Positions 28,493 to 37,070 of a stretch of 64,000 nucleotides of DNA are shown one piece after another. The notes beneath the pieces are model-generated. The model searched no databases and was not told where the DNA came from. It saw only the letters and a list, made by a program, of their open reading frames with translations. A program made the translations under genes and the position numbers. This stretch comes from a virus. Within the stretch, counting starts at the first letter, position 1. Each line of letters begins with the position of its first letter. The stretch is taken from the IMG/VR virus record IMGVR_UViG_3300025917_000002, positions 1-64,000 of that record; one strand, 5' to 3'.

Positions 28493-28517
28493 TTTCTCAA
28501 CCCTCCAACCTAGAAAT

Positions 28518-28685
28518 TTAGTCTGCATCACCCCGCGTTTGCTCTGCCTTCAGGCTATCCCGTATCAGCCTTCTAATAGCCGCCGCATTCGAGCATCCCC
28601 ATTCCCTAGCTAGCTTTTCTATAGCTGCCCTTTCCGTCTTATCAAGCGGCACTGGCAACGGCTTACGTTGTGATACCTTTTTCAT
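28518..28685 (-). CDS. Ribbon-helix-helix (CopG-like) regulator, 55 aa, absent from ORF track
   Basis: MKKVSQRKPLPVPLDKTERAAIEKLAREWGCSNAAAIRRLIRDSL; first gene after leftward promoter. Confidence 0.7.
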   Translation of the reverse strand: MKKVSQRKPLPVPLDKTERAAIEKLAREWGCSNAAAIRRLIRDSLKAEQTRGDAD

Positions 28686-28835
28686 ATCGTGATGATATCA
28701 CACTGATATTACCTGTCAAATCCCAGCTAGCCGGTAAGTCGTTTAGCTACAACACCGCCAAACTATTTTCCCTTTGGTTCCAACAACTTAGTCACAACAC
28801 GTGATTTATTTTCAAGGTTGTGATATCGTCACGAT
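28686..28835. promoter_or_regulatory. Divergent promoter region with mirrored 17-bp element
   Basis: TGTGATATC(A/G)TCACGAT on both strands, each just before an ATG; TTGACA upstream of the leftward copy; AT-rich. Confidence 0.7.
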
Positions 28836-28837
28836 TT

Positions 28838-29347
28838 ATGAGTACTTCGGAGCTTGAGCTTGATAGCTCAATCGGTCAGAAGCACCGACACCCTAACTCA
28901 CTAGCCAACCTACGCCCAGCGTGGCAACCGGGCGAGTCGCCTAACCCTGGCGGCTATCCCAAAAACACCCCAAAAGTAAGCGTAGCTTACGCCAAGCTCC
29001 TCGCCCTCGATCCTGCTGCGCTTGAATCGTTTCAACCGTCGAACGTCGCGGAAATGATCGCGCTTGAGCGCATACGAGAAGCTGGGAAGCGTAAGGGCTT
29101 GCGTGCAACCGTGGAGATAACGGATAGAATCGAGGGCAAGGCTCCACAACGAATGGAGCTTAACTCCACTACTGTCAACATTAACGTGCAGGTCAACCTG
29201 TTCCTTGATGCCGCGCGTGACCTCGCGGATAAGCACGGCGTGCCGCTCGAACTCGCACAAGCCCGGATGCTCGCCCTCGCCGATCCCGCCCAGCGTGTCG
29301 CGCTCGAAGCTGCGCTCGCTGTAGCGCAGGCTACAGAAGAAGCGTGA
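28838..29347 (+). CDS. terS: Terminase small subunit (DUF5681-like N-terminus)
   Basis: HPNSLANLRPAWQPGESPNPGGYPK, ITDRIEGKAPQ, TVNINVQ. Confidence 0.75.
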   Translation: MSTSELELDSSIGQKHRHPNSLANLRPAWQPGESPNPGGYPKNTPKVSVAYAKLLALDPAALESFQPSNVAEMIALERIREAGKRKGLRATVEITDRIEGKAPQRMELNSTTVNINVQVNLFLDAARDLADKHGVPLELAQARMLALADPAQRVALEAALAVAQATEEA

Positions 29348-29770
29348 CCAATCTTACCAGTTTCTTCGGTGATCTACCTTACGCCCGCGAGTGTAGCGTA
29401 GGTTACACACACGCTTGCCCAGCTAACGCACGTCCACACGCGCACGCTTGCCCGCCTCGCGTCCCTGGCTCGCTAGCTCGCGCAGGTCGAGCGCCAGCCG
29501 GTTGCTGGGTACGCCCCGGCGAGGGGGGTGGGAGCGCACAGCGGCGAAGCCGGGTGAGCGGGAGTCCCGGGGCGAAATGAGGGCTCATGGAAAAATCATG
29601 GCCCGACCAACCGGGGCGTAACAAAAGGTTACGGTTGCTCCGGCGCCGCCACCGAAAGTAACAACTAGGTAGAAAGGTGACGGCCTACCGGGGGGGGGGG
29701 GCACGTTCGGCAGGAAATCTCCAAGTGGCCCGGAGTCCCCCTCGAACGCGCGGGGCTGGGAAGTAAGGGG

Positions 29771-29800
29771 TTGACAGGTGTAAGCGGACGGTGCTACAAT
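29771..29800 (+). promoter_or_regulatory. Sigma70-like promoter
   Basis: TTGACA-18-TACAAT with TG extension, 10 nt before ATG. Confidence 0.7.
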
Positions 29801-29810
29801 CGACGGCACT

Positions 29811-30176
29811 ATGAACCTTTCCTTATTCAGCAAGATCAACCTGAAGCGGTGCACCTCACCAGAAGGATTCAACCATTCGCTCGAAAGTTGGAGTGAGGCC
29901 GAGTGGACCAACGCGATTGCTGGCGAGCTGGGTGAGGCCGCTAATCTGACGAAGAAGTTGCTGCGCCATCGGGACCGCGTAGCGGGGAACTACAAGCCGG
30001 AAGATCAGGACGTTGATTACCTACGAAGGCAAGCGGCGCATGAGTTATGTGATGCGATCATCTACGCCGATCTGGCGATTCAGCGGCTCGGGTTTGATAC
30101 GAGCGAGTTATTGATCGGGGTGTTCAACCGGAAGTCTGAGCAGCTCGGGTGTTCTATTCGGTATGAAGAAGACTAA
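29811..30176 (+). CDS. MazG-like nucleotide pyrophosphohydrolase
   Basis: AGELGEAANLTKK...HELCDAIIY...FNRKSE. Confidence 0.85.
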   Translation: MNLSLFSKINLKRCTSPEGFNHSLESWSEAEWTNAIAGELGEAANLTKKLLRHRDRVAGNYKPEDQDVDYLRRQAAHELCDAIIYADLAIQRLGFDTSELLIGVFNRKSEQLGCSIRYEED

Positions 30177-30396
30177 GGCTTTTCTCAACTTCCAATGCAA
30201 CGCCTGCGACGGGCGCGGGCTGCTGTCGGCGGGCCTCGACTTCGACCCGAGAGCCGAGCGCGAGTCCGCTGGGAAGTCGCTCCGTGAGGTCGCGCGTTCG
30301 ATGAAGATCAGCGCGGGCTATTTGAGCGATCTGGAGCTGGGCCGGAGGGCTTGGAGCGAGGGGCTGCTGGATGATTTCAGGGAGGCGACCCGCTGA
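30163..30396 (+). CDS. XRE-family HTH protein
   Basis: SLREVARSMKISAGYLSDLELGRR. Confidence 0.8.
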   Translation: MKKTKAFLNFQCNACDGRGLLSAGLDFDPRAERESAGKSLREVARSMKISAGYLSDLELGRRAWSEGLLDDFREATR

Positions 30397-30772
30397 CGGG
30401 GGGGGGGCGGTTTTTCTGGCGGCGTTTGAAGTCGCTCGGAGTCCCACCAAAGATAGGGGGTATGAACAACATGATCTTGCTCAGCGGAGAATTGGTGGAG
30501 CGGCTGGCTCTGGAGCCGGTCGTCGGGGAGCGGTTGGACCTCTGGGGACGTTCGTTTGTTGTGGCAGCCCCATCGCTCAACTTTGATGCGTGGCGGCTGG
30601 CCGAATCGCCCCTTGAATACGCTTGGATGGAGGTAGTTCGGGTGTTCCGGTTGGGATATTACCGAGCGTTGTGGGCAATCCACGACGCCGGGTTTGGGTA
30701 CGTTGAGGAGGCGGCGACGATTCGCGTGCGGGACTTGTGGCGAAGGCAGCCAAGCCACGTGAGAAAACCACG

Positions 30773-31084
30773 ATGAAACTACACGAGTGGCAAGCACAGC
30801 AGCGGGCGGCGGTGGCTCCTGAGTTTGTGCCGGACGCGGAGCGCCAGTGCGCGGGGAAGGAACGGTACTTCTCGCGGGCAGATGCGCAGCAGGCCCTCGT
30901 AAAGATGCGAGCTTCGGGAAAGGCGAGTGGGCCGCTGAACACGTATCTGTGTTGCCTTTGCGGTGACTGGCACATGGGCCATCCGCCGAACGTGGGCATC
31001 CCACTTGTGGTTGCGTGGGTTTGGAAACCGTGGTGGGTGCGGCTGGCGGATTGGTGGTATGATCGGGCGCGAGAAAACCGTTGA
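30773..31084 (+). CDS. Zn-finger-like hypothetical protein
   Basis: CAGKERY...YLCCLCGDWHMGH. Confidence 0.6.
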   Translation: MKLHEWQAQQRAAVAPEFVPDAERQCAGKERYFSRADAQQALVKMRASGKASGPLNTYLCCLCGDWHMGHPPNVGIPLVVAWVWKPWWVRLADWWYDRARENR

Positions 31085-31145
31085 TCCCGCCCGCGACCTG
31101 TGGTACGATCGCGCCAACTCCTAGTGAGAATAGTGAAACAAGCGA

Positions 31146-31189
31146 GGGGCGGGGCCGTCGGCTTTTAGGGTCGGCGGCCTTGCTCTTTT
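31146..31189 (+). terminator. Intrinsic terminator candidate
   Basis: GGGGCGGGGCCGTCGGCTT/GGGTCGGCGGCCTTGCTCT followed by T run. Confidence 0.5.
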
Positions 31190-31721
31190 GGGGATGTGAT
31201 CGCAGCGAAAGTCTGTTATAAGAAGGAGCGGTGATGGCTTGCCAAAACAACCACTCCCAAGCGTATCAATGCCGCCGGTGCAAGCGGTATTATTGCCATG
31301 AGCACAAGTTGATCTATGACGATGAGTTCTGGTGGTGGAAGTGCAAGGGGCTGGGGCGGCTTCATCGCACGACTGCTGATGGGAGGATCATTTTAAGATG
31401 ATTATCAAGTGGCTCCTCTCCCCGACCAAGCTCCCCCCGTCGCCGCCCTGGTGGCTGGTCATCGTGGTCTGCGGGGGGATTGGCATTCTGAGGTGGTTGT
31501 TTGAGGGCTAAAAAGTACGTCCAGACGCGCGATGGTGATAAGATCGTGGTCGGCGAGGGCCGGTCCCGGTTGCACAAAATCGCTTGTTGCGACTGTGGCT
31601 TGGTTCACGTTCTCAAGTTTAAGCTGGAGGGCTCGGTTATTACGTTTAGGGCGTACCGGGACAATCGGGCGACCGGACAGCGGCGGCGGAGGGAGCACGA
31701 GTTTGTGCCGAGGAAGCGCCG

Positions 31722-34580
31722 ATGACAATAGATATGTCAGCCTACTCCCCCGAGCAGCTCGCGGCCCTCGATGCTGAGGCGGCGCTTGCGATGGGGGCGG
31801 TTGCGGCGATGACCAAGGTGGTCAGGCCGGAGCCGCAGTGGTGCCCTCACAAGCCGAGCGAGCGGCAGAAACTTTTCCTCGACCTTGATTGCTCGGAGGC
31901 ATTTTATGGTGGGGCGGCGGGCGGAGGCAAGCAGGTTCCGTTGTCCACTCCCATCCCAACACCCGATGGATTCACGCAGAATGGAGACTTGCGAGTTGGG
32001 GATCGTGTGTTTGATGAGAACGGGCAAATTTGCCGGGTTACGACTTTGTTTCCTACAGAACTTCCGCAGGTTGCGTATCGTCTCACCTTCGATGACGGCT
32101 CTCAAATAGATGCGTGCTCGGAACATCAGTGGCTCACATTTGATGCAAAGGAACTTGGGGCGCTTACTAGGCGTGATCCTGTATGGAGAGCCCGACGACG
32201 GGCTAGGCGAGAGTCTAGGGTACTAGGGACCAAATCCAAAAAGTTTACGGCCAGCCTTATTGCGCGAAACATGGCAAATCCCCCACCATCATTACCCCCA
32301 CCGACTGGATCAATCCGAACCACGGAAGAAATCTATCAGACCCTCTACACAAAAAAGGGTCGGGCCAACCATGCAATCCCAGTTGCGGGCGCGCTGAATT
32401 TACTTGATGCTGATTTGCCCATTGATCCGTACACACTTGGTCTATGGTTAGGGGATGGGATGTCGGCATCGGGTCGAATAGGGATGGCATTAGCTGACGC
32501 TGACGAGATTAAAGTACCCTATGTACGGGGGACGCGGAAGATTAGAGAACCCAATGGCGTCACCTCCTTTTCTGCCTTTGCTACGGACTACTATCCCGAT
32601 TTACATGTGAGGCTAAAGCAGGCAGGGCTCATAAATAATAAGCACGTTCCAACGGTTTATCTCCGAGGGTCCCGAAGCCAGCGATTGGCCTTACTCCAAG
32701 GTCTGATGGATACCGATGGAACCGTGTCTGATGGTGGCTCGGCTGAATTTGCAAACACAAACAAGCTCTTAATTGATGCTGCGCATGAACTGATCGTCAG
32801 CTTGGGATGGAAAGCCAGAATTATTGAGGGGCGAGCGAGGTGCAATGGTGAGGATCACGGACCAGTGTGGAATATAAAGTGGACGCCCTCGGACTACGTA
32901 TTTCGCCTGCCGCGCAAATGCCGAAAGCAGAAACTTGCTGTGCGCCGCACAACCCGATTTCGATACATTGTTGATTGCCGCCCGATAGAGCCTGAACCGA
33001 TGCGCTGTATTGCGGTCGATGCGCCTTCACACTTGTACCTCGTAGGCCGTTCGATGATTCCAACACACAACAGCGATGCGCTCTTGATGGCCGCTTTGCA
33101 ATACGTCCACGTCCCCGGCTACGCAGCAATCCTGTTCAGGCGCACGCTGACGGACCTCGCGCTCCCCGAGTCCCTAATTCCCCGGTCGTTCGAGTGGCTC
33201 AAAGGGCGGACCCCGGCGGTTTGGCATGAGAAGGAGTCGCTTGGGGTGCCGGGGCGGACGTGGGTTTTCCCGAGCGGCGCGACGCTCACGTTTGGTTATC
33301 TGGACACCGAAGTAGACAAGTACCGCTACCAATCCAGCGCCTACCAGTTCGTCGGCTTCGATGAGGTCACGCAATTTACCGAATCAATGTATCTTTATCT
33401 GTTCAGTCGGCTGCGCCGCCTGAAAGCGATGGACGTTCCGTTGCGGCTCCGGGCCGCAAGCAATCCTGGCGGAGAGGGCCACGAGTGGGCGAAGGCCCGA
33501 TTCATTCCCGAGGACTATACGAAGGACCAGGGGAAGGAACTGAAGGTCTGGACGAAGACGTTTGTTGATGACGAACAGAAGGAAATCACGACCCAATTCG
33601 TGCCGTCGCGGATCACGGATAACCCCGCGCTCGACCAAGCGACCTATATTGATGGCTTGGGGAAGCTCGACCGCGTTACACGCGAGCAATTGCTCTATGG
33701 AGACTGGGCGATCTCCCCGACCGGGCGAACCTACTTCAACCCTGACGCCCTCGCTCTGTTCAAGGCGATGCCCGCCGAGATCGGAGAGCTGGTTTTTACC
33801 GAGAACCGGCTCGGAGAGAAGCGGCTCATCTTCCAGCGGCGCGAGGACGGGATGCTCAGCGTGTGGCGAACGCCCGTCGCCGGTCGCCGCTACGTGATGG
33901 GCTGCGACGCCGCGCTTGGCAAGGACGCGAACAAGGGCGAAGGCAAGGTGGACCCGGACTGGTCGGTGGTGCAGGTCCGCGAGCAGGAAACCGGCGAACA
34001 GGTGGCGCGCTTTCGCGGTCGGATCAGCGAAGCGTTCTTCGGCGAATATTGGGTCCGGCTCCACCGCTGGTACAACAACGCTTTCGTCGTTCCCGCCGTT
34101 ACCGGTGGCTACGGGCGCGCGGCGCTCGTCAGCGCGATGGCGACGGGCTTAGAGGCGAAGTACGTCTACTGGCGCGAGGACGAAACAGGGATGCCCGGTC
34201 GTCGCCCTACGGGCGCTCCTGACCTCGGTTTCACCGAGTCGGTCGCAACGAGGCCGGTCCTCTACTCTCTGCTCGACACCGCAATCATCCAGCACGCGAT
34301 TGAGACTTATGATGCTGTGACGATCAACGAGTATTATGCGTTCGAGATTAACAAGGATGGGAAGCCCCAGGCGCGCGCGGGCACCAAGGATGACTGCGTG
34401 ACGGCGGACGCCCTCTGCGTCAAGGGGATGCAGGTCGCCCCCCGCGTCATCAAACCGGCGCTCGGCTCGTTCGTGCCCCGGCGTAAGTACGGAGGGCCGC
34501 AGGCGGCGAGGGACTGGGAGGAGGAGCGGTATTGGAGGGAGCAGATGAAGCCGACGGGGTCGAGGCTTGATCGGGGGTAG
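31722..34580 (+). CDS. terL: Terminase large subunit with intein
   Basis: YGGAAGGGK|S Walker A, GFDEVTQF Walker B, ASNPGGEGHEW, nuclease GCD...DWS...KDDCV. Confidence 0.95.
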   Translation: MTIDMSAYSPEQLAALDAEAALAMGAVAAMTKVVRPEPQWCPHKPSERQKLFLDLDCSEAFYGGAAGGGKQVPLSTPIPTPDGFTQNGDLRVGDRVFDENGQICRVTTLFPTELPQVAYRLTFDDGSQIDACSEHQWLTFDAKELGALTRRDPVWRARRRARRESRVLGTKSKKFTASLIARNMANPPPSLPPPTGSIRTTEEIYQTLYTKKGRANHAIPVAGALNLLDADLPIDPYTLGLWLGDGMSASGRIGMALADADEIKVPYVRGTRKIREPNGVTSFSAFATDYYPDLHVRLKQAGLINNKHVPTVYLRGSRSQRLALLQGLMDTDGTVSDGGSAEFANTNKLLIDAAHELIVSLGWKARIIEGRARCNGEDHGPVWNIKWTPSDYVFRLPRKCRKQKLAVRRTTRFRYIVDCRPIEPEPMRCIAVDAPSHLYLVGRSMIPTHNSDALLMAALQYVHVPGYAAILFRRTLTDLALPESLIPRSFEWLKGRTPAVWHEKESLGVPGRTWVFPSGATLTFGYLDTEVDKYRYQSSAYQFVGFDEVTQFTESMYLYLFSRLRRLKAMDVPLRLRAASNPGGEGHEWAKARFIPEDYTKDQGKELKVWTKTFVDDEQKEITTQFVPSRITDNPALDQATYIDGLGKLDRVTREQLLYGDWAISPTGRTYFNPDALALFKAMPAEIGELVFTENRLGEKRLIFQRREDGMLSVWRTPVAGRRYVMGCDAALGKDANKGEGKVDPDWSVVQVREQETGEQVARFRGRISEAFFGEYWVRLHRWYNNAFVVPAVTGGYGRAALVSAMATGLEAKYVYWREDETGMPGRRPTGAPDLGFTESVATRPVLYSLLDTAIIQHAIETYDAVTINEYYAFEINKDGKPQARAGTKDDCVTADALCVKGMQVAPRVIKPALGSFVPRRKYGGPQAARDWEEERYWREQMKPTGSRLDRG
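31932..33071 (+). mobile_element. Class 3 intein (380 aa, Gln1) with LAGLIDADG endonuclease in TerL P-loop
   Basis: K|QVPLSTPIPTPDG...EHQW...LGLWLGDG...LQGLMDTDG...MRCIAVD...IPTHN|S. Confidence 0.9.
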
Positions 34581-34649
34581 CCCGCGAGATTTGTGCTTGA
34601 CAGGCTATACCACCTATGGTAAAAATAGAGGCTGCCGAGGGTGGTACTT

Positions 34650-35288
34650 ATGAATATAGTCTACAAAGCTCTGGTCCGATGGCCGGGTGATCTAACCGAG
34701 TCTCGCCGACGCAGCCGATTTGGCGATGTGGCTTGGGGCAAAACCCTGAAGGTGTTGGACCGAGAACTGGCGCTGCTCGGGGCAAGCAACATCATATTCC
34801 AAGTTGCTGTTGAGGACCACGACATCAGGCTCGATGGCGGGTTGCGAGCGGGTTCTAAGAAGGAACATCCCGGCGTTATTATTACGTTCGATTCAATCCA
34901 CGGGCCATTGAGTTACTGGACGGATGAATACGATGAGTTTGCCGATAACGTGCGGGCGATCGCGCTTTCGCTGGAAGCCCTGCGGGCAGTGGACCGCCAC
35001 GGGGTTAATAAGAAAGGCTCGCAGTATGAGGGTTATAAGAGGTTGCCGGGAGTTGGGGAAACGGGGAACGGTCGGCCCCGGTTGGAGACACCGGAACAAG
35101 CTGCTAAGTTTGTGGCTAAGCACGTGGATGTACCGAAAGAACTGCTGATGAGCAATAAGTTTGTGTGGGAGGCTTCTTACAAAGAAGCTGCGAAGCGACT
35201 ACACCCAGATAATAAAGAGACTGGCGATGATGAGCTGTTCGTCGAGCTACAAGATGCGGCGGTTATACTGAAGGGGCATCATGGCTAA
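34650..35288 (+). CDS. Phage protein with C-terminal J-domain-like HPD motif
   Basis: YKEAAKRLHPD...LFVELQDA; own TTGACA promoter at 34597. Confidence 0.75.
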   Translation: MNIVYKALVRWPGDLTESRRRSRFGDVAWGKTLKVLDRELALLGASNIIFQVAVEDHDIRLDGGLRAGSKKEHPGVIITFDSIHGPLSYWTDEYDEFADNVRAIALSLEALRAVDRHGVNKKGSQYEGYKRLPGVGETGNGRPRLETPEQAAKFVAKHVDVPKELLMSNKFVWEASYKEAAKRLHPDNKETGDDELFVELQDAAVILKGHHG

Positions 35289-35424
35289 ATCGCCTATTGC
35301 CACCAAACAGAAGATCACAAGAATGGTTGAGCTGGTCTGCGGGCGATGTGGCTGGAAGTGGCAGCCCAAGGTAGAGCGGCCCAAGAAGTGTCCGGGGTGC
35401 AAGAATCCGTTGGTTTGGGGATAA
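35281..35424 (+). CDS. Small Zn-ribbon protein (similar to 20770 gene), absent from ORF track
   Basis: CGRCGWKWQPKVERPKKCPGCKNP. Confidence 0.65.
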   Translation: MAKSPIATKQKITRMVELVCGRCGWKWQPKVERPKKCPGCKNPLVWG

Positions 35425-35616
35425 GCACATGGCCCCAAATAAATCCAGTGAGCAAACCTACGTCGTCATCGGCACCATCACCAAGCGCGCCCGCTTCGCG
35501 GTTAGCGCAAACAGCCCCGAGGAAGCGATGGACAAGGTAAGGGGCGGCGAGTGGGATAGTGTGGAGCCGGGGAAGACGTTCGATTGGGAAGTGGAGCGGG
35601 CGGAGGAGAGCGTTTG

Positions 35617-36144
35617 ATGGCGCAATCACAACCAATGCAAATTCTGACCTCGCATCAGTCGCAGGACTGGTACACGCCGCCTTACATCATTGAGATGGTG
35701 CGAGAGGTTCTTGGGGTGATCGGACTTGACCCTGCAAGCGATCCGATACCGCAGCGATGGATTAAGGCCGACCGCTATCTTGATAATCCGTGGGGCCTGA
35801 ACTGTGCCTGGAAAGCGTCTACCGTGTTTTGCAATCCGCCTTACGGAAAACTTGCAGGGCAAAGTAATCAAGCCGTCTGGTCGCTTACTATGTCGGATCA
35901 GTACAGGGCGGGCGCTTTCAAAGAAGGTATCTTACTTATCAACTCCACGCACGGTTACAAATGGTACGAGGAACTTTGGACACGCTACACGGTCTGCCTT
36001 GCACGCGAGCGTATCAGGTTCGTCAAGCCTGACGGGACAATCGGCGGTCAGGCAAAACGCGGGCAGACCTTTGTTTACTTCGGAGTAGATGATCAGAAGT
36101 TTGCGCACGTGTTCGGCAAGCTCGGGAGGATTATCAGACCATGA
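35617..36144 (+). CDS. Phage DNA N6-adenine methyltransferase (Dam-like)
   Basis: DWYTP, LDPAS, FCNPPY, RIRF. Confidence 0.9.
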   Translation: MAQSQPMQILTSHQSQDWYTPPYIIEMVREVLGVIGLDPASDPIPQRWIKADRYLDNPWGLNCAWKASTVFCNPPYGKLAGQSNQAVWSLTMSDQYRAGAFKEGILLINSTHGYKWYEELWTRYTVCLARERIRFVKPDGTIGGQAKRGQTFVYFGVDDQKFAHVFGKLGRIIRP

Positions 36145-37070
36145 GAACCCCCGAAGCGATCAAAGCGAGCGCCAGTAGCTCCAAACCGGGTGAGCAGACC
36201 TCCGCCGCCCACCGCGAGCTGCTCATTATCGAGCTGCTCCTCGACATCAGAGGGTTGCTGGTGGAGCTTGTTGAGCGGGTGCCGGGGGATTAAAAGCCTG
36301 CCTAACGGCAGATCAACTCGTGGAGGACCAATGACCAAAAAGAAACCAAGGTACGGCAAGATAACGTGGCTTGGGAATACGCAAACCAAAGAGCTACACC
36401 GGCTTGTCGAAGGTGAGGCGCACGATCCCCGCTGCCAGCTCTACGAGATCGGCTCGAACCACCGGAAGGTCACGCGAACGGCGCGGGAGCTTCGGGAGCT
36501 TGATTATGACGCTTGCGCGTTTTGTACGCGGAAGTTTCGGAGCCGGGAGAACACCTAAAATGACACTACAAGAACTAGCGATTAGGGAACGCCAAGCGCA
36601 CAAAGATATGCGGGGCGAGCAGCTTCGGCTGGAGCGATTCGAGCAACTGCTCCTACGGCTCAACGAGTGGCGCGCGGACCCTTCGAGCGTCCGCTGGCAG
36701 CCCGTCCAGAAGCTCATTGATGAGTTGGAGCGCGAGCGATGACCATTCTCACCTGGATTCTAGCCGCCCTCGCGGCTCTGGTGCTACTCGTCATCATCGT
36801 AGCGGCTCTGGCCTTGTGGGCCGAGCGCGGAGACAAGTGGGATAATTTTTGGCGCTAGCTCCACCGCCCCCACCGCCGCTCCGCAATAACCATTGCCCCG
36901 CCCCGCGATTCGGCGTACACTCAAGCGCGAAGCAGAACGCCGCAGAGGAAGTCGAATAAGTAGCTTCATCATACTGCGTACAAGCAACGGCGTGATGACC
37001 AAGCGTATCTTGGCCGTGCGGCGTGGCAGCTCTGCGGCGGTCATGTAAGTACGTCAATGAGGAACGCCAA

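Noticed and set aside
30318-31250. 310-aa minus-strand ORF (likewise 42671..43738, 55571..56635, 56831..57898)
   Set aside because: Shadow ORFs of well-supported plus-strand genes in GC-rich DNA
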